Part shown: piece by piece, positions 10,081-19,458 of the stretch
How positions within the stretch are numbered: position 1 is the stretch's first letter
Layout: each line of letters starts with the position of its first letter
Assembly: GCA_963783155.1 (NCBI GenBank)
Contig: CAWANC010000018.1
Location: 237,209-301,208 of the forward strand
Length of the DNA: 64,000 bases
From: an uncultured Acidobacteriota bacterium
Lineage (GTDB): Bacteria > Acidobacteriota > Terriglobia > UBA7540
Direction: 5' to 3'
Notes under the pieces: generated by a model
Database searches by the model: none
The model's input: only the letters and a program-made list of their open reading frames with translations
What the model was told of the DNA's origin: nothing
Made by a program: the position numbers and the translations under genes

Positions 10081-11769
10081 TCAGGATTTTGCCTGGGTAA
10101 CGGCGCCTTCCGCGGCGGAAGAGACCAGCGAGGCGTATTTGGCAAAAACGCCCCACTTGTATTGCGGCTCGGGCTTCTTCCAGCTTTCCAGGCGCTTGGC
10201 GATTTCCTCGTCGGAGAGTTCCACATCCAGCCTCCGCGCGTTGACGTCGAACACCACGATGTCACCGTCTTTCAGGGCGGCAATGGGACCGCCGCGCGCG
10301 GCCTCGGGCGCCACGTGGCCTACCATCAGGCCGCGGGTTGCGCCGCTGAAGCGGCCGTCGGTCAGCAGTGCCACGGATTCGCCCAGCCCTTCGCCTACCA
10401 GCGCCGCCGTCACTCCCAGCATCTCGCGCATGCCGGGGCCTCCGCTCGGCCCCTCGTAACGGATCACCACCACTTCGCCCGCCTTGATGCTCTTGCTGGT
10501 GACGGCCTTCATGGATTCCTCTTCGCTGTTGAACACCCGCGCCGGACCTCGGTGCTGGAGCGGTTCGTGGCCGGAGATTTTGACCACGCAGCCATCCGGC
10601 GACAGGTTGCCTTTCAGAATCACCAGGCCACCGGTTGCCTTCTTGGCGTTGGCGACCGACCGGATCACGTCCTGTCCGGGCGTCTCCTTCACGGCGCGAG
10701 CTTCCTCGCCGATGGTCTTGCCGCTCGGCGTCAGCTGGTCTTCGTGCAGCAGGCCCGGCTTGCCCTCGATCAGTTTCTTGGCGATCACCGGAATGCCTCC
10801 GGCCTTGTGAACATCCACGGCCACATACTTGCCCGCGGGTTTCAGGTCGGCAATCAGCGGAGTTCGCGCACTGATGGCGTCAAATTCGTCGATCGTGAGT
10901 GGGACCCCTGCCTCGCGCGCCATGGCCAGCAGGTGCAGCACCGAGTTGGTGGACCCGCCCGTCGCGGCCACGCTGATGATGGCGTTTTCAAAAGCCTTGC
11001 GCGTGAGCAGGTCGCGGGGCCGCACCCCGCGCTTAAAGATGTCCATCACCAGCTGGCCCGCCTTGAAGGCGGCTTCATCCTTGGCGGGAACCATGGCTGG
11101 AATGCCGTTGAGCCCCATGGGCGAGAGGCCGATGAATTCCATCACCGTTGACATGGTGTTGGCGGTGAACTGGCCGCCGCAGGCGCCCGCCGCCGGGCAG
11201 GCAACGTTTTCAAGCTGCTTCAGGTCCGCGTCAGACATTTTGCCGGCTGCGTTTGCGCCGATCGCCTCATAAACGTCCTGGATGGTCACGTCGCGGTCCT
11301 GGAACTGGCCCGCGGCGATGGAGCCTCCGTAGAGAAGCACGCTGGGCACGTTCAGCCGCAGCAGCGCCATGGCGCCCGCGGGAATCGTTTTGTCGCAGCC
11401 TACCAGCGCGAACATGGCGTCAAACATGTGGCCGCGGCCTACCAGTTCAATGGAATCGGCAATCACCTCGCGGCTGACGAGCGACGCCTTCATGCCCTCG
11501 GTTCCCATGGTGACGCCGTCGGAAATGGCGATGGTGTTGAACTCCATGGGAGTGCCGCCCGCCGCGCGGATGCCCTCCTTCACTTTGGCGGCCAGGCGCC
11601 GCAGGTGATAGTTGCAGGGCATGGTTTCAATCCAGGTGTTGGCAACGCCCACGATGGGCCGGGCGAGGTCCTCGTCGGTAAAGCCGATGGCTTTCAGCAT
11701 GGATCGCGCGCCCGCGCGGTCACGCCCTTCCAAAATGACGCGGCTGGATATTTGAGGATCGACTGGCAT
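10081..11769 (-). CDS. ilvD: Dihydroxy-acid dehydratase
   Basis: 562-aa ORF with canonical IlvD sequence ([50 protein letters not shown]). Confidence 0.97.
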   Translation of the reverse strand: MPVDPQISSRVILEGRDRAGARSMLKAIGFTDEDLARPIVGVANTWIETMPCNYHLRRLAAKVKEGIRAAGGTPMEFNTIAISDGVTMGTEGMKASLVSREVIADSIELVGRGHMFDAMFALVGCDKTIPAGAMALLRLNVPSVLLYGGSIAAGQFQDRDVTIQDVYEAIGANAAGKMSDADLKQLENVACPAAGACGGQFTANTMSTVMEFIGLSPMGLNGIPAMVPAKDEAAFKAGQLVMDIFKRGVRPRDLLTRKAFENAIISVAATGGSTNSVLHLLAMAREAGVPLTIDEFDAISARTPLIADLKPAGKYVAVDVHKAGGIPVIAKKLIEGKPGLLHEDQLTPSGKTIGEEARAVKETPGQDVIRSVANAKKATGGLVILKGNLSPDGCVVKISGHEPLQHRGPARVFNSEEESMKAVTSKSIKAGEVVVIRYEGPSGGPGMREMLGVTAALVGEGLGESVALLTDGRFSGATRGLMVGHVAPEAARGGPIAALKDGDIVVFDVNARRLDVELSDEEIAKRLESWKKPEPQYKWGVFAKYASLVSSAAEGAVTQAKS

Positions 11770-11862
11770 GAGGCCTCCGGAAAATTTGGGTTAATTCGAA
11801 GCTGAACAAAAGATCATCGCAGATTCCATTTTGAAGAGCAAGCGCCTCACGGCATTCGAGAG

Positions 11863-13576
11863 TTGGAGTATGATGGGCGGACGCAAGGAATTCATTCAAA
11901 GGACACAACAACCGTGGACCCGAAAAAACCAACCGACTCCAGGCAAAATCAATTTGACCGCAGGCATTTTTTGAAGCTCGGCGTTGCCGGCGGCACAGCC
12001 GCAATGGCGGTGCCGTTTTCCAACTGCAAGTCGGAAGCGCCCAGTCCAGCAGAACAGGGCATCCGGCCGTTTGAGCTGGATGAGACCACCATCGCCGCGC
12101 TCCAGGACGCCATGAAATCTGGAAAACTTTCGTCGCACTCGATCACCGAAAAGTACCTGGCGCGGATCGAGGAACTCGACCGCCGCGGGCCGTCGCTCCA
12201 TTCCGTGATTGAGGTCAACCCGGACGCGTTGTCGATTGCCCGTGAGCTTGACCGCGAGCGCAAGGCCAAGGGCCCTCGCGGGCCGCTGCACGGCATTCCC
12301 GTGCTGGTGAAGGACAACATCGGAACGGCCGACCGCCTGACCACCACGGCCGGCTCACTGGCGCTGGAGGGTTCGATTCCGCCGCGCGATTCGTTTGTGG
12401 CGGCGCATCTTCGCATGGCCGGAGCCGTCATCCTGGGCAAGGCCAATCTCAGCGAGTGGGCCAACTTCCGGTCGCGGCACTCCTCCAGCGGCTGGAGCGG
12501 CCGCGGCGGCCAGGCGCGCAATCCTTATGCGCTTGACCGCAATCCCTGCGGATCGAGTTCCGGCTCGGGCGTGGCCGTCTCCGCCAATCTGTGCCCGGTG
12601 GCGCTGGGGACGGAAACCAACGGATCGATTGTGTGCCCGTCGTCCAATAACGGCGTTGTGGGCATCAAGCCCACGGTGGGACTGGCCAGCCGCAGCGGAG
12701 TGGTTCCCATTTCGCACACCCAGGATACCGCCGGCCCCATGGCGCGCTACCGTGGCCGATGCAGCCGCCGTGCTGGGCGCCATGACGGGCGTCGATCCGC
12801 GTGACAAAGCGACGCTGGCCAGCCGCGGCAAGACGCAGCCGGATTACACAAAGTTTCTGGACCCACGAGGCCTGCGGGGCGCACGCATCGGCATCGTGCG
12901 GAAATTGTTCGGCTACAACACATTTGTCGACAAGCTGGCCGATGCCGCCATCGCCGCCATGAAGGACCAGGGAGCCGTGATCGTCGACCCTGCGGAAATC
13001 GAGACGCTCAAGCACCTGGGCGATGGGGAATTTGACGTGCTGCTCTACGAATTCAAGGCGGACCTGAATGCATATCTCGAATCGCTCGGGCCAAAAGCCC
13101 CGGTGCATTCTCTGAAAGAGATTATTGCCTTCAACGAAAAGCACGCGCGCGAAGAGTTGCCCTATTTTGGCCAGGACATCTTTATCAAGGCCGAGGCCAA
13201 AGGGCCACTGAGCGATCCGGAATACCAGAAGGCGCTTGCGAAATGCCGCACGCTCTCGCGCGAAAAGGGGATTGACGCCACCATGGAAAAATACAAGCTG
13301 GACGCGCTGGTGGCCCCCACGGGCGCGCCCGCCTGGACCACCGACCTGGTGAACGGCGATCACGATACCGGCGGAAGTTCCGGCCCCGCAGCCATTGCCG
13401 GCTATCCCCACGTGACCGTGCCCGCAGGTTACGTTTTCGGGCTGCCCGTCGGTATCTCATTTTTCGGCCGCGCCTGGAGCGAGCCCACGCTGATCAAACT
13501 GGCTTACTCATTCGAGCAGGCCACAAAGTTCCGCAAACCACCGAAGTTCCTGCCCACGGCGGATTTGAGGGTGTAA
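11863..13576 (+). CDS. Tat-secreted amidase (amidase signature family), apparent frameshift near 12745
   Basis: RRHFLKLGVAGGTAAMAV is a Tat signal. The AS motif GGSSSGSGVAVSANL is present. ORF 11863..12804 ends ...DTAGPMAR and frame +2 continues TVADAAAVLGAMTGVDPRD... to 13576. The real start may be GTG 11914. Confidence 0.9.
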
Positions 13577-13599
13577 TGTTTGCAGGCGGTTGTAACGAG

Positions 13600-13623
13600 A
13601 TGGTGCCGGCCAGCTGGCACCAT
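13600..13623 (+). terminator. Stem-loop 24 nt after the amidase stop (possible terminator, no U-tract)
   Basis: ATGGTGCC (13600-13607) pairs with GGCACCAT (13616-13623) around an 8-nt loop. No T-run follows, so function is uncertain. Confidence 0.25.
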
Positions 13624-13739
13624 GAAGTAATTGTCGAAGCATCCGGCATAGTTGGCGCATTTGTGCCACCCGGCGTCGGGGCTCGCACGCCTGAAGTGGC
13701 GCGTTCATTTAAGCCATCAAAAGGAGAAGGGGAGCTTAG

Positions 13740-14468
13740 ATGGTCAGCTTTACGATGTCCCGAGCGGACGTGGTTGCATACGCACGGGCAAACCAATATG
13801 CAACGATGATGTTCTTGAGCGCAGGGGACGATTACGCAGCGTCTAGGTGTCTGATTCTGAATTCTCTTGGTATGGGGTTTGGGTTGTTTTCCCAGTCCAT
13901 AGAAAAGCTTTTGAAAGCATGTATTTTTCTTGAAACTGGGAGTAAGACAACTTTAAAGTGGGCGAAAAGACACCATCCTCTTGAACTGAAGCAGGAACTG
14001 CAATCAAAAGTCGATTATGGCTTGGACAAATACGATGCTCTTCTGCAAAGACTTTACGGACATTTCCAGCGACGGTACTTTGATAACGCGAATCAAAGCA
14101 ACGGGGCGAACTCGGCAGAGCTGGACCAATTCGACGAATTATGGATTTATTTGGTGGATAGGACTCCCCTCCCAACTGAGGTCAAGTATCGTTCTAAGTT
14201 TGTCGGTATGTTATTTAGCGAGAATGGGTCAAAATACTGGCCGAGCTATCGTCATTGGGTTCTACTTAGGAACAAAGCGATAGCGAATAAACTGGAGCAA
14301 ATGGAAAAGACCTACTTTGCTGTAAAGAAACACCTTTATCCAAAGGGAGTTGAGCGAACAGGCGGGCGCCGGCCCGCACTGGTTCTCTCGCCCCGGCTTT
14401 ACAACGAAAGGAGCGCTCTGGCACTGGTCTGCCCGGTTACCAGCCGCGTTAAAGGCTACCCCTTTTAA
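13740..14468 (+). CDS. AT-rich chimeric ORF: helical HEPN-like N-terminal part (about 195 aa) read through into a MazF fragment
   Basis: Strong RBS AAGGAGAAGGGGAG (13721-13734). Helical signature ...FSQSIEKLLKACIF...KRHHPLELK...QRRYFDN resembles HEPN-type domains, but no canonical Rx4-6H was seen. From about 14336 the frame encodes MazF core sequence. Confidence 0.45.
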   Translation: MVSFTMSRADVVAYARANQYATMMFLSAGDDYAASRCLILNSLGMGFGLFSQSIEKLLKACIFLETGSKTTLKWAKRHHPLELKQELQSKVDYGLDKYDALLQRLYGHFQRRYFDNANQSNGANSAELDQFDELWIYLVDRTPLPTEVKYRSKFVGMLFSENGSKYWPSYRHWVLLRNKAIANKLEQMEKTYFAVKKHLYPKGVERTGGRRPALVLSPRLYNERSALALVCPVTSRVKGYPF

Positions 14469-14658
14469 GTTGCATTGCCGGAGGATATGTGGATTGGGGG
14501 CGTGATACTTGCCGACCACTTGAAGAGCGTGGAGTGGAAAGATCGGCGCGCTGAAGCTGCCGGCCGCGTCCCACGGAAGCTCTCGATGAAATCATCAGCC
14601 GCCTGCTCCATTGCTTTGATCTAGTCTGGCAGAACGCCAGTTCGCGACACTTTTCTTG
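14336..14658 (+). pseudogene. mazF: Decayed mazF/pemK-family toxin gene (5'-truncated, in-frame TAA, frameshift)
   Basis: YPKGVERTGGRRPALVLSPRLYNERSALALVCPVTSRVKGYPF, then TAA (14466-14468) at the position of the conserved Glu, then VALPEDMWIGGVILADHLKSVEWKDRRAE. A further shift near 14575 is needed to read TEALDEIISRLLHCFDLV. Confidence 0.75.
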
Positions 14659-14668
14659 AATGGCGTTT

Positions 14669-15501
14669 TCATTCCTCGCCGTGCATCCGGGCGGCTTCCC
14701 AGGCGAGGATGGCGCGCTTTCTGCTGACGCCGCCGTGATAGTTGCCCACGGCGCCCACTTTTCTGATGACGCGGTGGCAGGGAATGATGAAGGCGATGGG
14801 ATTCTGTCCCACGGCGCTGCCCACCGCGCGTGACGCTTTGGGATTGCCCACCCGCGCGGCCAGTTCTCCATAAGGAACCACGGCGCCGGGCGGGATTTCC
14901 AGCAGCGCCTGCCACACCTTAATCTGAAAATTGGTTCCGCGCAGATCAATGGGCAGCTTTGCCGGGCGGCTGTTGCGGGGAAATATCCGGGCGAGATACC
15001 GGCCGGTGGCTTCAGCATCTTCCACAAAGCCGGCTCCGGGCCAGCGGCGCCGCACCTCATCGAGGACAGCTTTGCGCGTGCTGGTCACAAAGTACATGGC
15101 GCAGATTCCGCGATCGGTCACGGCCAGCAGGCATTCGCCGAAGGGGCTGGGGTGAAATCCATAGCTGATGCGCAGTCCGGCGCCGCGCTTTTTGAACTCG
15201 CCGGGCGTGACGGCTTCCACGCTGACAAACAGGTCGTGCAGCCGGCTGGGGCTCGAGAGGCCGGCGGCGTAGGCGGCGTCGAGAACGTTTCCGGATTCCT
15301 CGAGCGCGTGCTTGGCGTAGTCGAGCATCAGGAATTGCAGAAAGCGCTTGGGGCTCAGGCCCGCCCAGCGCCGGAAGAGCCGCTGAAATGGAACGGGCTG
15401 AGGTTGACGCTTTGCGCAACTTCGCTGAGGTCGGGCTGCTCCGGAAAACGTTCGTCAAGATAATGGATCGCCTTCTCGATCCGCGAATAATCGTCTGGCA
15501 T
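14669..15501 (-). CDS. Ada-like bifunctional regulator / methylated-DNA-protein-cysteine methyltransferase (AraC HTH + MGMT); apparent frameshift near 15385
   Basis: C-terminal MGMT motifs are present (FQIKVWQALLEIPPG, IIPCHRV). Upstream in another frame from ATG 15501: MPDDYSRIEKAIHYLDERFPEQPDLSEVAQSVNLSPFHF, then a 1-nt gap, then QRLFRRWAGLSPKRFLQFLMLDYAKH, an AraC-type HTH. Confidence 0.85.
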
Positions 15502-15663
15502 TGAACGCATCTATTTATTCTCCCTGAGAACCATCTTGGGACGATTGCGGGGAAGTCGCAATCCGAATCTTGCGGTGAGCGAGCGCGTTCTTGAATTCTT
15601 CGCACACCGCGATAAATCAGGGTATGCGCCACCCGATGATCGAGGCGTTCCGGCGGAAAGTCT

Positions 15664-16689
15664 CTATTTGAGCGGCAGGGAGACGGGCCGGTGTTCGCGC
15701 GCGGAAATCTCCGAGGCATAGCAGATTTCGTGGGTGAGAGCGGCGTCATCCAGGTTGGCGTGCGACTCGCGGTCTTCCAGGATGCAGTCGATGAAGTGGC
15801 TGACCTCCTGGGGAAAAGGATGGTGGGCAACGTCGCCGCTGTCGGGAAGAACGGTGGGAATGGCCGCCCAGTTTTTCTGTCCGGGCCAGCGGCGGGTGAA
15901 GACCTCATTGTTGCGGATGGCGCCCTGATCTCCCAGCAACTGGATGCGGAAAACGTAGGGCATGATGGACTCGACCGAAGAGGCCACCTTGCCGATGGTG
16001 CCGTCTTCGAAGCGGACCAGGGTGACGCTGTTGGCTTCGTACTCGTAGTGCAGAAGATTGTCCGGGCTGGTGTTGGCGTAGGCAAAGACCTCCACGGCCT
16101 TTTTGCCCACAAACCAGCGGAGACCGTCGGCGGCGTGGCAACCACCGGTCAGCAGGCTGCTGCCCGCCATGTCTTTCTTGATGTTCCAGTAATACTGGGC
16201 GTACCAGGGCCCGATGCCGTGCAGGTAGTCGACTTCAGCGGAAAAGAGCTTTCCGATAAATCCGTCGGCCAGCATGGCGCGAATGGTTTCGAACAGGGGG
16301 TTCCAGCGCAACACAAAGCTGACCACGGTTTTGACTTTGGCAGCGTGGACGGCGGCCTGAAGTTCCCTCATTCCTTCCAGGTTGAGCGCCACCGGTTTTT
16401 CAATCACGATGTGTTTGCCGGCCTGGGCCGCGGCGATGCCCTGCTGGACGTGCAGATGGTGGGGAGTGGCCAGCACGACGATCTGGATGCCGGGATCGTC
16501 GAGCAACTTTTCCAGTTGTTCATAAGCGCGTGCGCGCTGCAGCTTGAATTCTTCCGCCTTGGCGTGGGCGCGTTCCTTATCCCGGCTGACAATAGCGTGC
16601 ACCTCAGTGCGAGGGTCGGCCTCAAACGCCCGGATGTATTCGCCTGAAACCCATCCCGTTCCCACAATTCCCACGCCCAGTTTTTCCAT
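15664..16689 (-). CDS. Gfo/Idh/MocA family oxidoreductase
   Basis: MEKLGVGIVGTGWVSGEYIRAF is a Rossmann N-terminus, with EKP motif (IVIEKPVALN). ATG 16689 is preceded by GGAGG. The track's longer start (16803) adds non-protein-like sequence. Confidence 0.85.
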   Translation of the reverse strand: MEKLGVGIVGTGWVSGEYIRAFEADPRTEVHAIVSRDKERAHAKAEEFKLQRARAYEQLEKLLDDPGIQIVVLATPHHLHVQQGIAAAQAGKHIVIEKPVALNLEGMRELQAAVHAAKVKTVVSFVLRWNPLFETIRAMLADGFIGKLFSAEVDYLHGIGPWYAQYYWNIKKDMAGSSLLTGGCHAADGLRWFVGKKAVEVFAYANTSPDNLLHYEYEANSVTLVRFEDGTIGKVASSVESIMPYVFRIQLLGDQGAIRNNEVFTRRWPGQKNWAAIPTVLPDSGDVAHHPFPQEVSHFIDCILEDRESHANLDDAALTHEICYASEISAREHRPVSLPLK

Positions 16690-16977
16690 CTGAAGCCTCC
16701 GTTTCGTTTTTTCAGCCGTTGGCCGCTTTCTTCCGGCGGCTATTTTATCAGGGACCGGGGAGAAATTGCTTCCTTTTGAACCGCCTTCCGGAATCCTCCT
16801 CAAAGACAGCAGCCCATGCGGTTATACGGCAGAGCACGCGGCCAGGCCCTGCCCCGGCTGCGGCGATCCGAAGCCCGCTCACGAAGAGACGTTCTTAGTC
16901 GAACGGTTGACGTCTGCGGAAAGCCGAGGGGGCTGATTCCCCGGGGAGCGTGGCCGAAAGTTCACGCGTTATGAACA

Positions 16978-17010
16978 CCCCGGGTGAAATCGGTAAGTCC
17001 ACACCCGGGG
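16978..17010 (-). terminator. 9-bp GC stem-loop downstream of the CADD-like gene (possible terminator, weak U-tract)
   Basis: CCCCGGGTG (16978-16986) pairs with CACCCGGGG (17002-17010) around a 15-nt loop. It lies 45 nt beyond the minus-strand stop at 17055. Confidence 0.2.
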
Positions 17011-17054
17011 CGTGTTGCGTTGAAGGTGAGTGAAATTGGGAGCAGCGGGCCGGC

Positions 17055-17735
17055 CTAGCACTCGATGCCGTGGCGGCGGCAGACGCCCGAAAGCAGGTCC
17101 CACAGCGAATTCAGAACCGCGTCAACCGATTCTGTAACGGCGGGCGAATCTTCCGCGTTCAGGGTGGACTCAAGCAACTCCCTCTCAACGCGAGAGTGTT
17201 CTCGGTCGGCTTCAATGTGGACGCGGAAATAATCAAGCGCGTCGGGCGAATTCAGGCCGTAGAAATCTTCAAGGCCTTCAATCTTTGATTGCGCAATTTC
17301 CGGAATCTGCGATTCATAGGCGTAAAGCGCGGCAACTCCTTGTGCGACGCTCCCCTCGCGGCAAACCCTGCGGAATGTTGCTATCAGCTTTTCGGTTTCA
17401 GACCAGAGCCTGGCATTCGAGACCTCGTCGCGGCTGAGGCCCGTTGATTCCGCAAAACGAAGCCAGAGCTCCGGGTGATTGGGATCGCCTGCTTCCTCGT
17501 CCATCAAATTAGCAAGAATGTGCCGGCGGACGCGCTGGTCTTCCGTGTGCGCATGCAGAGCTGAAAGATAGGTGGGGAACGCGGCAACGTGGTGATAGTA
17601 CTGCCGGGCATAATCGCGCAGAGCAGGCCGCGGCAATTCTCCCCGCGTCCACGCCTGGTAGAAAGGATGGAGCAGCAGGTTTCGTTCGGCGATGCGAGAT
17701 TCAATGTGTTTCAAGGTACTGGCCGCAATATTCAC
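17055..17735 (-). CDS. CADD-family heme-oxygenase-like diiron enzyme (PqqC/TenA-like; candidate 4-aminobenzoate synthase)
   Basis: Close motif-level resemblance to chlamydial CADD: HPFYQAWTRGEL, YARQYYHHVAAFPTYLSALH, NLMDEEAGDPNHPELW, GVAALYAYESQIPEIAQSKIEGL, HIEADREH. Confidence 0.8.
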   Translation of the reverse strand: MNIAASTLKHIESRIAERNLLLHPFYQAWTRGELPRPALRDYARQYYHHVAAFPTYLSALHAHTEDQRVRRHILANLMDEEAGDPNHPELWLRFAESTGLSRDEVSNARLWSETEKLIATFRRVCREGSVAQGVAALYAYESQIPEIAQSKIEGLEDFYGLNSPDALDYFRVHIEADREHSRVERELLESTLNAEDSPAVTESVDAVLNSLWDLLSGVCRRHGIEC

Positions 17736-17801
17736 TCGGTCTCTCCTTCTGCCTGAGTTGCTGAGAATTGATTGCCCCGTTGAAAGGTGTCAAATTGACG
17801 G

Positions 17802-17830
17802 ATTATGCACCATATGGCGCCTTTCTTCAA
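17802..17830 (-). promoter_or_regulatory. Candidate sigma-70 promoter for the CADD-like gene
   Basis: Minus strand reads TTGAAG-N17-CATAAT (-35 at 17830-17825, -10 at 17807-17802), about 65 nt upstream of the GTG start at 17735. Confidence 0.35.
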
Positions 17831-18055
17831 CTGGATTTCGCACAACAGAACTGGTGGCGCTTTGCCGGGAAGCACGTTTGGCGTTGCTGGCGCAGGTTCA
17901 AAATCGATTTGCTGAGTGGGCTGGCAAGAACCCGTCTCGTGGCGTGCGCCAGGCGGCTTGTGCTGCAAATTGGAGTGACTGACAAGGGGACGAAAGGAGA
18001 AGCTGACAAAACTGGTGTGACTAATGACGGAAGGACATATCCAGCCGGCAGGGGG

Positions 18056-18484
18056 TCAGGCTTTCTGGACGACCGGCTGTGAAAGCCCGTGGCTGACGAA
18101 CAGTTTGCCCTCAGCCACCTGGTGAACTCCACGAACCAGTTCATCCACGGCGCGGCCCTTTAGAATGTAGCCCCGGGCGCCCGCCTCCAAAGCCCGCACG
18201 ACATAATGGTATTCGCGATGCACGGTGAGGATGATGGTTCGGACTTCAGGAAGCGACTTGTGAATTCGGCGGGCGGCTTCAATCCCGTTCAGGTGGGGCA
18301 TTGAGAGATCAAGGATGATGACGTCCGGCCGGTGCTGGTAGGCCAGGGAGACGGCCTGCTCTCCGTCGGAGGCCTCAACAACAACCTTAAAACCTTCCCG
18401 CTCAAGGAGAGACTTGAGGCTCCGGCGAACCGGCCCGTTATCATCTGCCAGCATGAGTCGAAGTGTCATCAGAGGCTTAATCAC
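18056..18484 (-). CDS. Stand-alone receiver (REC) domain protein, NarL-family type without HTH
   Basis: LMLADDNGPVR...PDVIILDLSMPHLNG...ILTVH...AGARGYILKG are the REC phospho-acceptor motifs. The protein ends after 142 aa with no LuxR HTH. Confidence 0.85.
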   Translation of the reverse strand: MIKPLMTLRLMLADDNGPVRRSLKSLLEREGFKVVVEASDGEQAVSLAYQHRPDVIILDLSMPHLNGIEAARRIHKSLPEVRTIILTVHREYHYVVRALEAGARGYILKGRAVDELVRGVHQVAEGKLFVSHGLSQPVVQKA

Positions 18485-18825
18485 TTTCCTCTATCCCCCT
18501 GGTCAGAACCCCCCATATTCCGGGACCGGATAATTCACCACCTGACACTCACAGGGGATATAAAAGATCGGCATCCGTCTGCTGAACCCGGTTGCTGAGC
18601 CGCACGGCACAACTCGAATGTTCAAGCTTGCCACCCCGCGGTGATTCCTTCACTACACTTAAGAGCCAGCCAGCCTTGTGCGAGGTGGGGCAACGCATGA
18701 CACGCACCACAATCCTATTCTCCAGTAAAGTTGGCGGTCAATCCGGTAAAGACCTTAAAAATCACCTTGGGATTACCACGGGGGCATGGGGTGAGAATGC
18801 CGGAGCGGACGTTGCCGGAAGGTGA

Positions 18826-19458
18826 TCAGGGCTGGACCAAGCCGCGGCGGATGGCATACCGTACGAGGCTGGCGGTTTCGTGGATGTCGAGCTTTTCCAT
18901 GATCCGTGTTCGATGCGACTCCGCCGTTTTCGCGCTGATGTTCAGCAGCGCAGCCACCTCTTTGGTTGTTTTTCCCTCGGCAACCAGTTGCAGGACTTGG
19001 AGCTCCCGCGGGCTCAACGTATCGCTTGGGGCATCGACTTTGTTCAAGAAGGCATCGACAACCGTATCCGATATGTCGGAACTCAGAAAAGTTGAGTTCC
19101 TTGAGACTTCGCGAATGGCCTGGACCAATTCGCTGGCCGCACGGCTTTTCAGGACATAACCTCTGATGCCGGCGCGCAGTGCCTCCAGGACGTATTGAGC
19201 TTCCGTGTGCATGGTCAGGACGACCACTTTGGTTTGGGGGCTTGCCTGGCTGATGGCCTTGGCCGCGCCGATGCCGTTCATCAAGGGCATGGCCAGATCC
19301 AGCACGGCGACGTCGGGCAACGATTCCTGAGCTAACCGGGTGGCCTGGTGGCCGTCGGCGGCTTCGCCAACAATCTTGAAGCCCTCCTGCTCAAGAAGGG
19401 CCCTCAATCCCTGGCGCACGATCTGATGATCATCTGCCAGAAGGATACGTATAGGCAT
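18826..19458 (-). CDS. NarL/LuxR-family response regulator
   Basis: REC (ILLADDHQIVR, DVAVLDLAMPLMNG) plus a C-terminal LuxR HTH (LSPRELQVLQLVAEGKTTKEVAALLNISAKTAESHRTRIMEKL). Confidence 0.9.
   Translation of the reverse strand: MPIRILLADDHQIVRQGLRALLEQEGFKIVGEAADGHQATRLAQESLPDVAVLDLAMPLMNGIGAAKAISQASPQTKVVVLTMHTEAQYVLEALRAGIRGYVLKSRAASELVQAIREVSRNSTFLSSDISDTVVDAFLNKVDAPSDTLSPRELQVLQLVAEGKTTKEVAALLNISAKTAESHRTRIMEKLDIHETASLVRYAIRRGLVQP

Noticed and set aside
9952-11151. 399-aa plus-strand ORF
   Set aside because: It is antisense to the unmistakable ilvD and has a His/Arg/Gly-rich nonsense composition.
14419-14433. TGGCACtggtcTGCC sigma-54-like string
   Set aside because: The GG/GC spacing is one base short and it lies inside the mazF remnant coding sequence.
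15057-16145. 362-aa minus-strand ORF overlapping the Ada-like and Gfo/Idh/MocA genes
   Set aside because: It is a Pro/Arg/Ser/Thr-rich alternative frame. The co-located frames encode clear family members.
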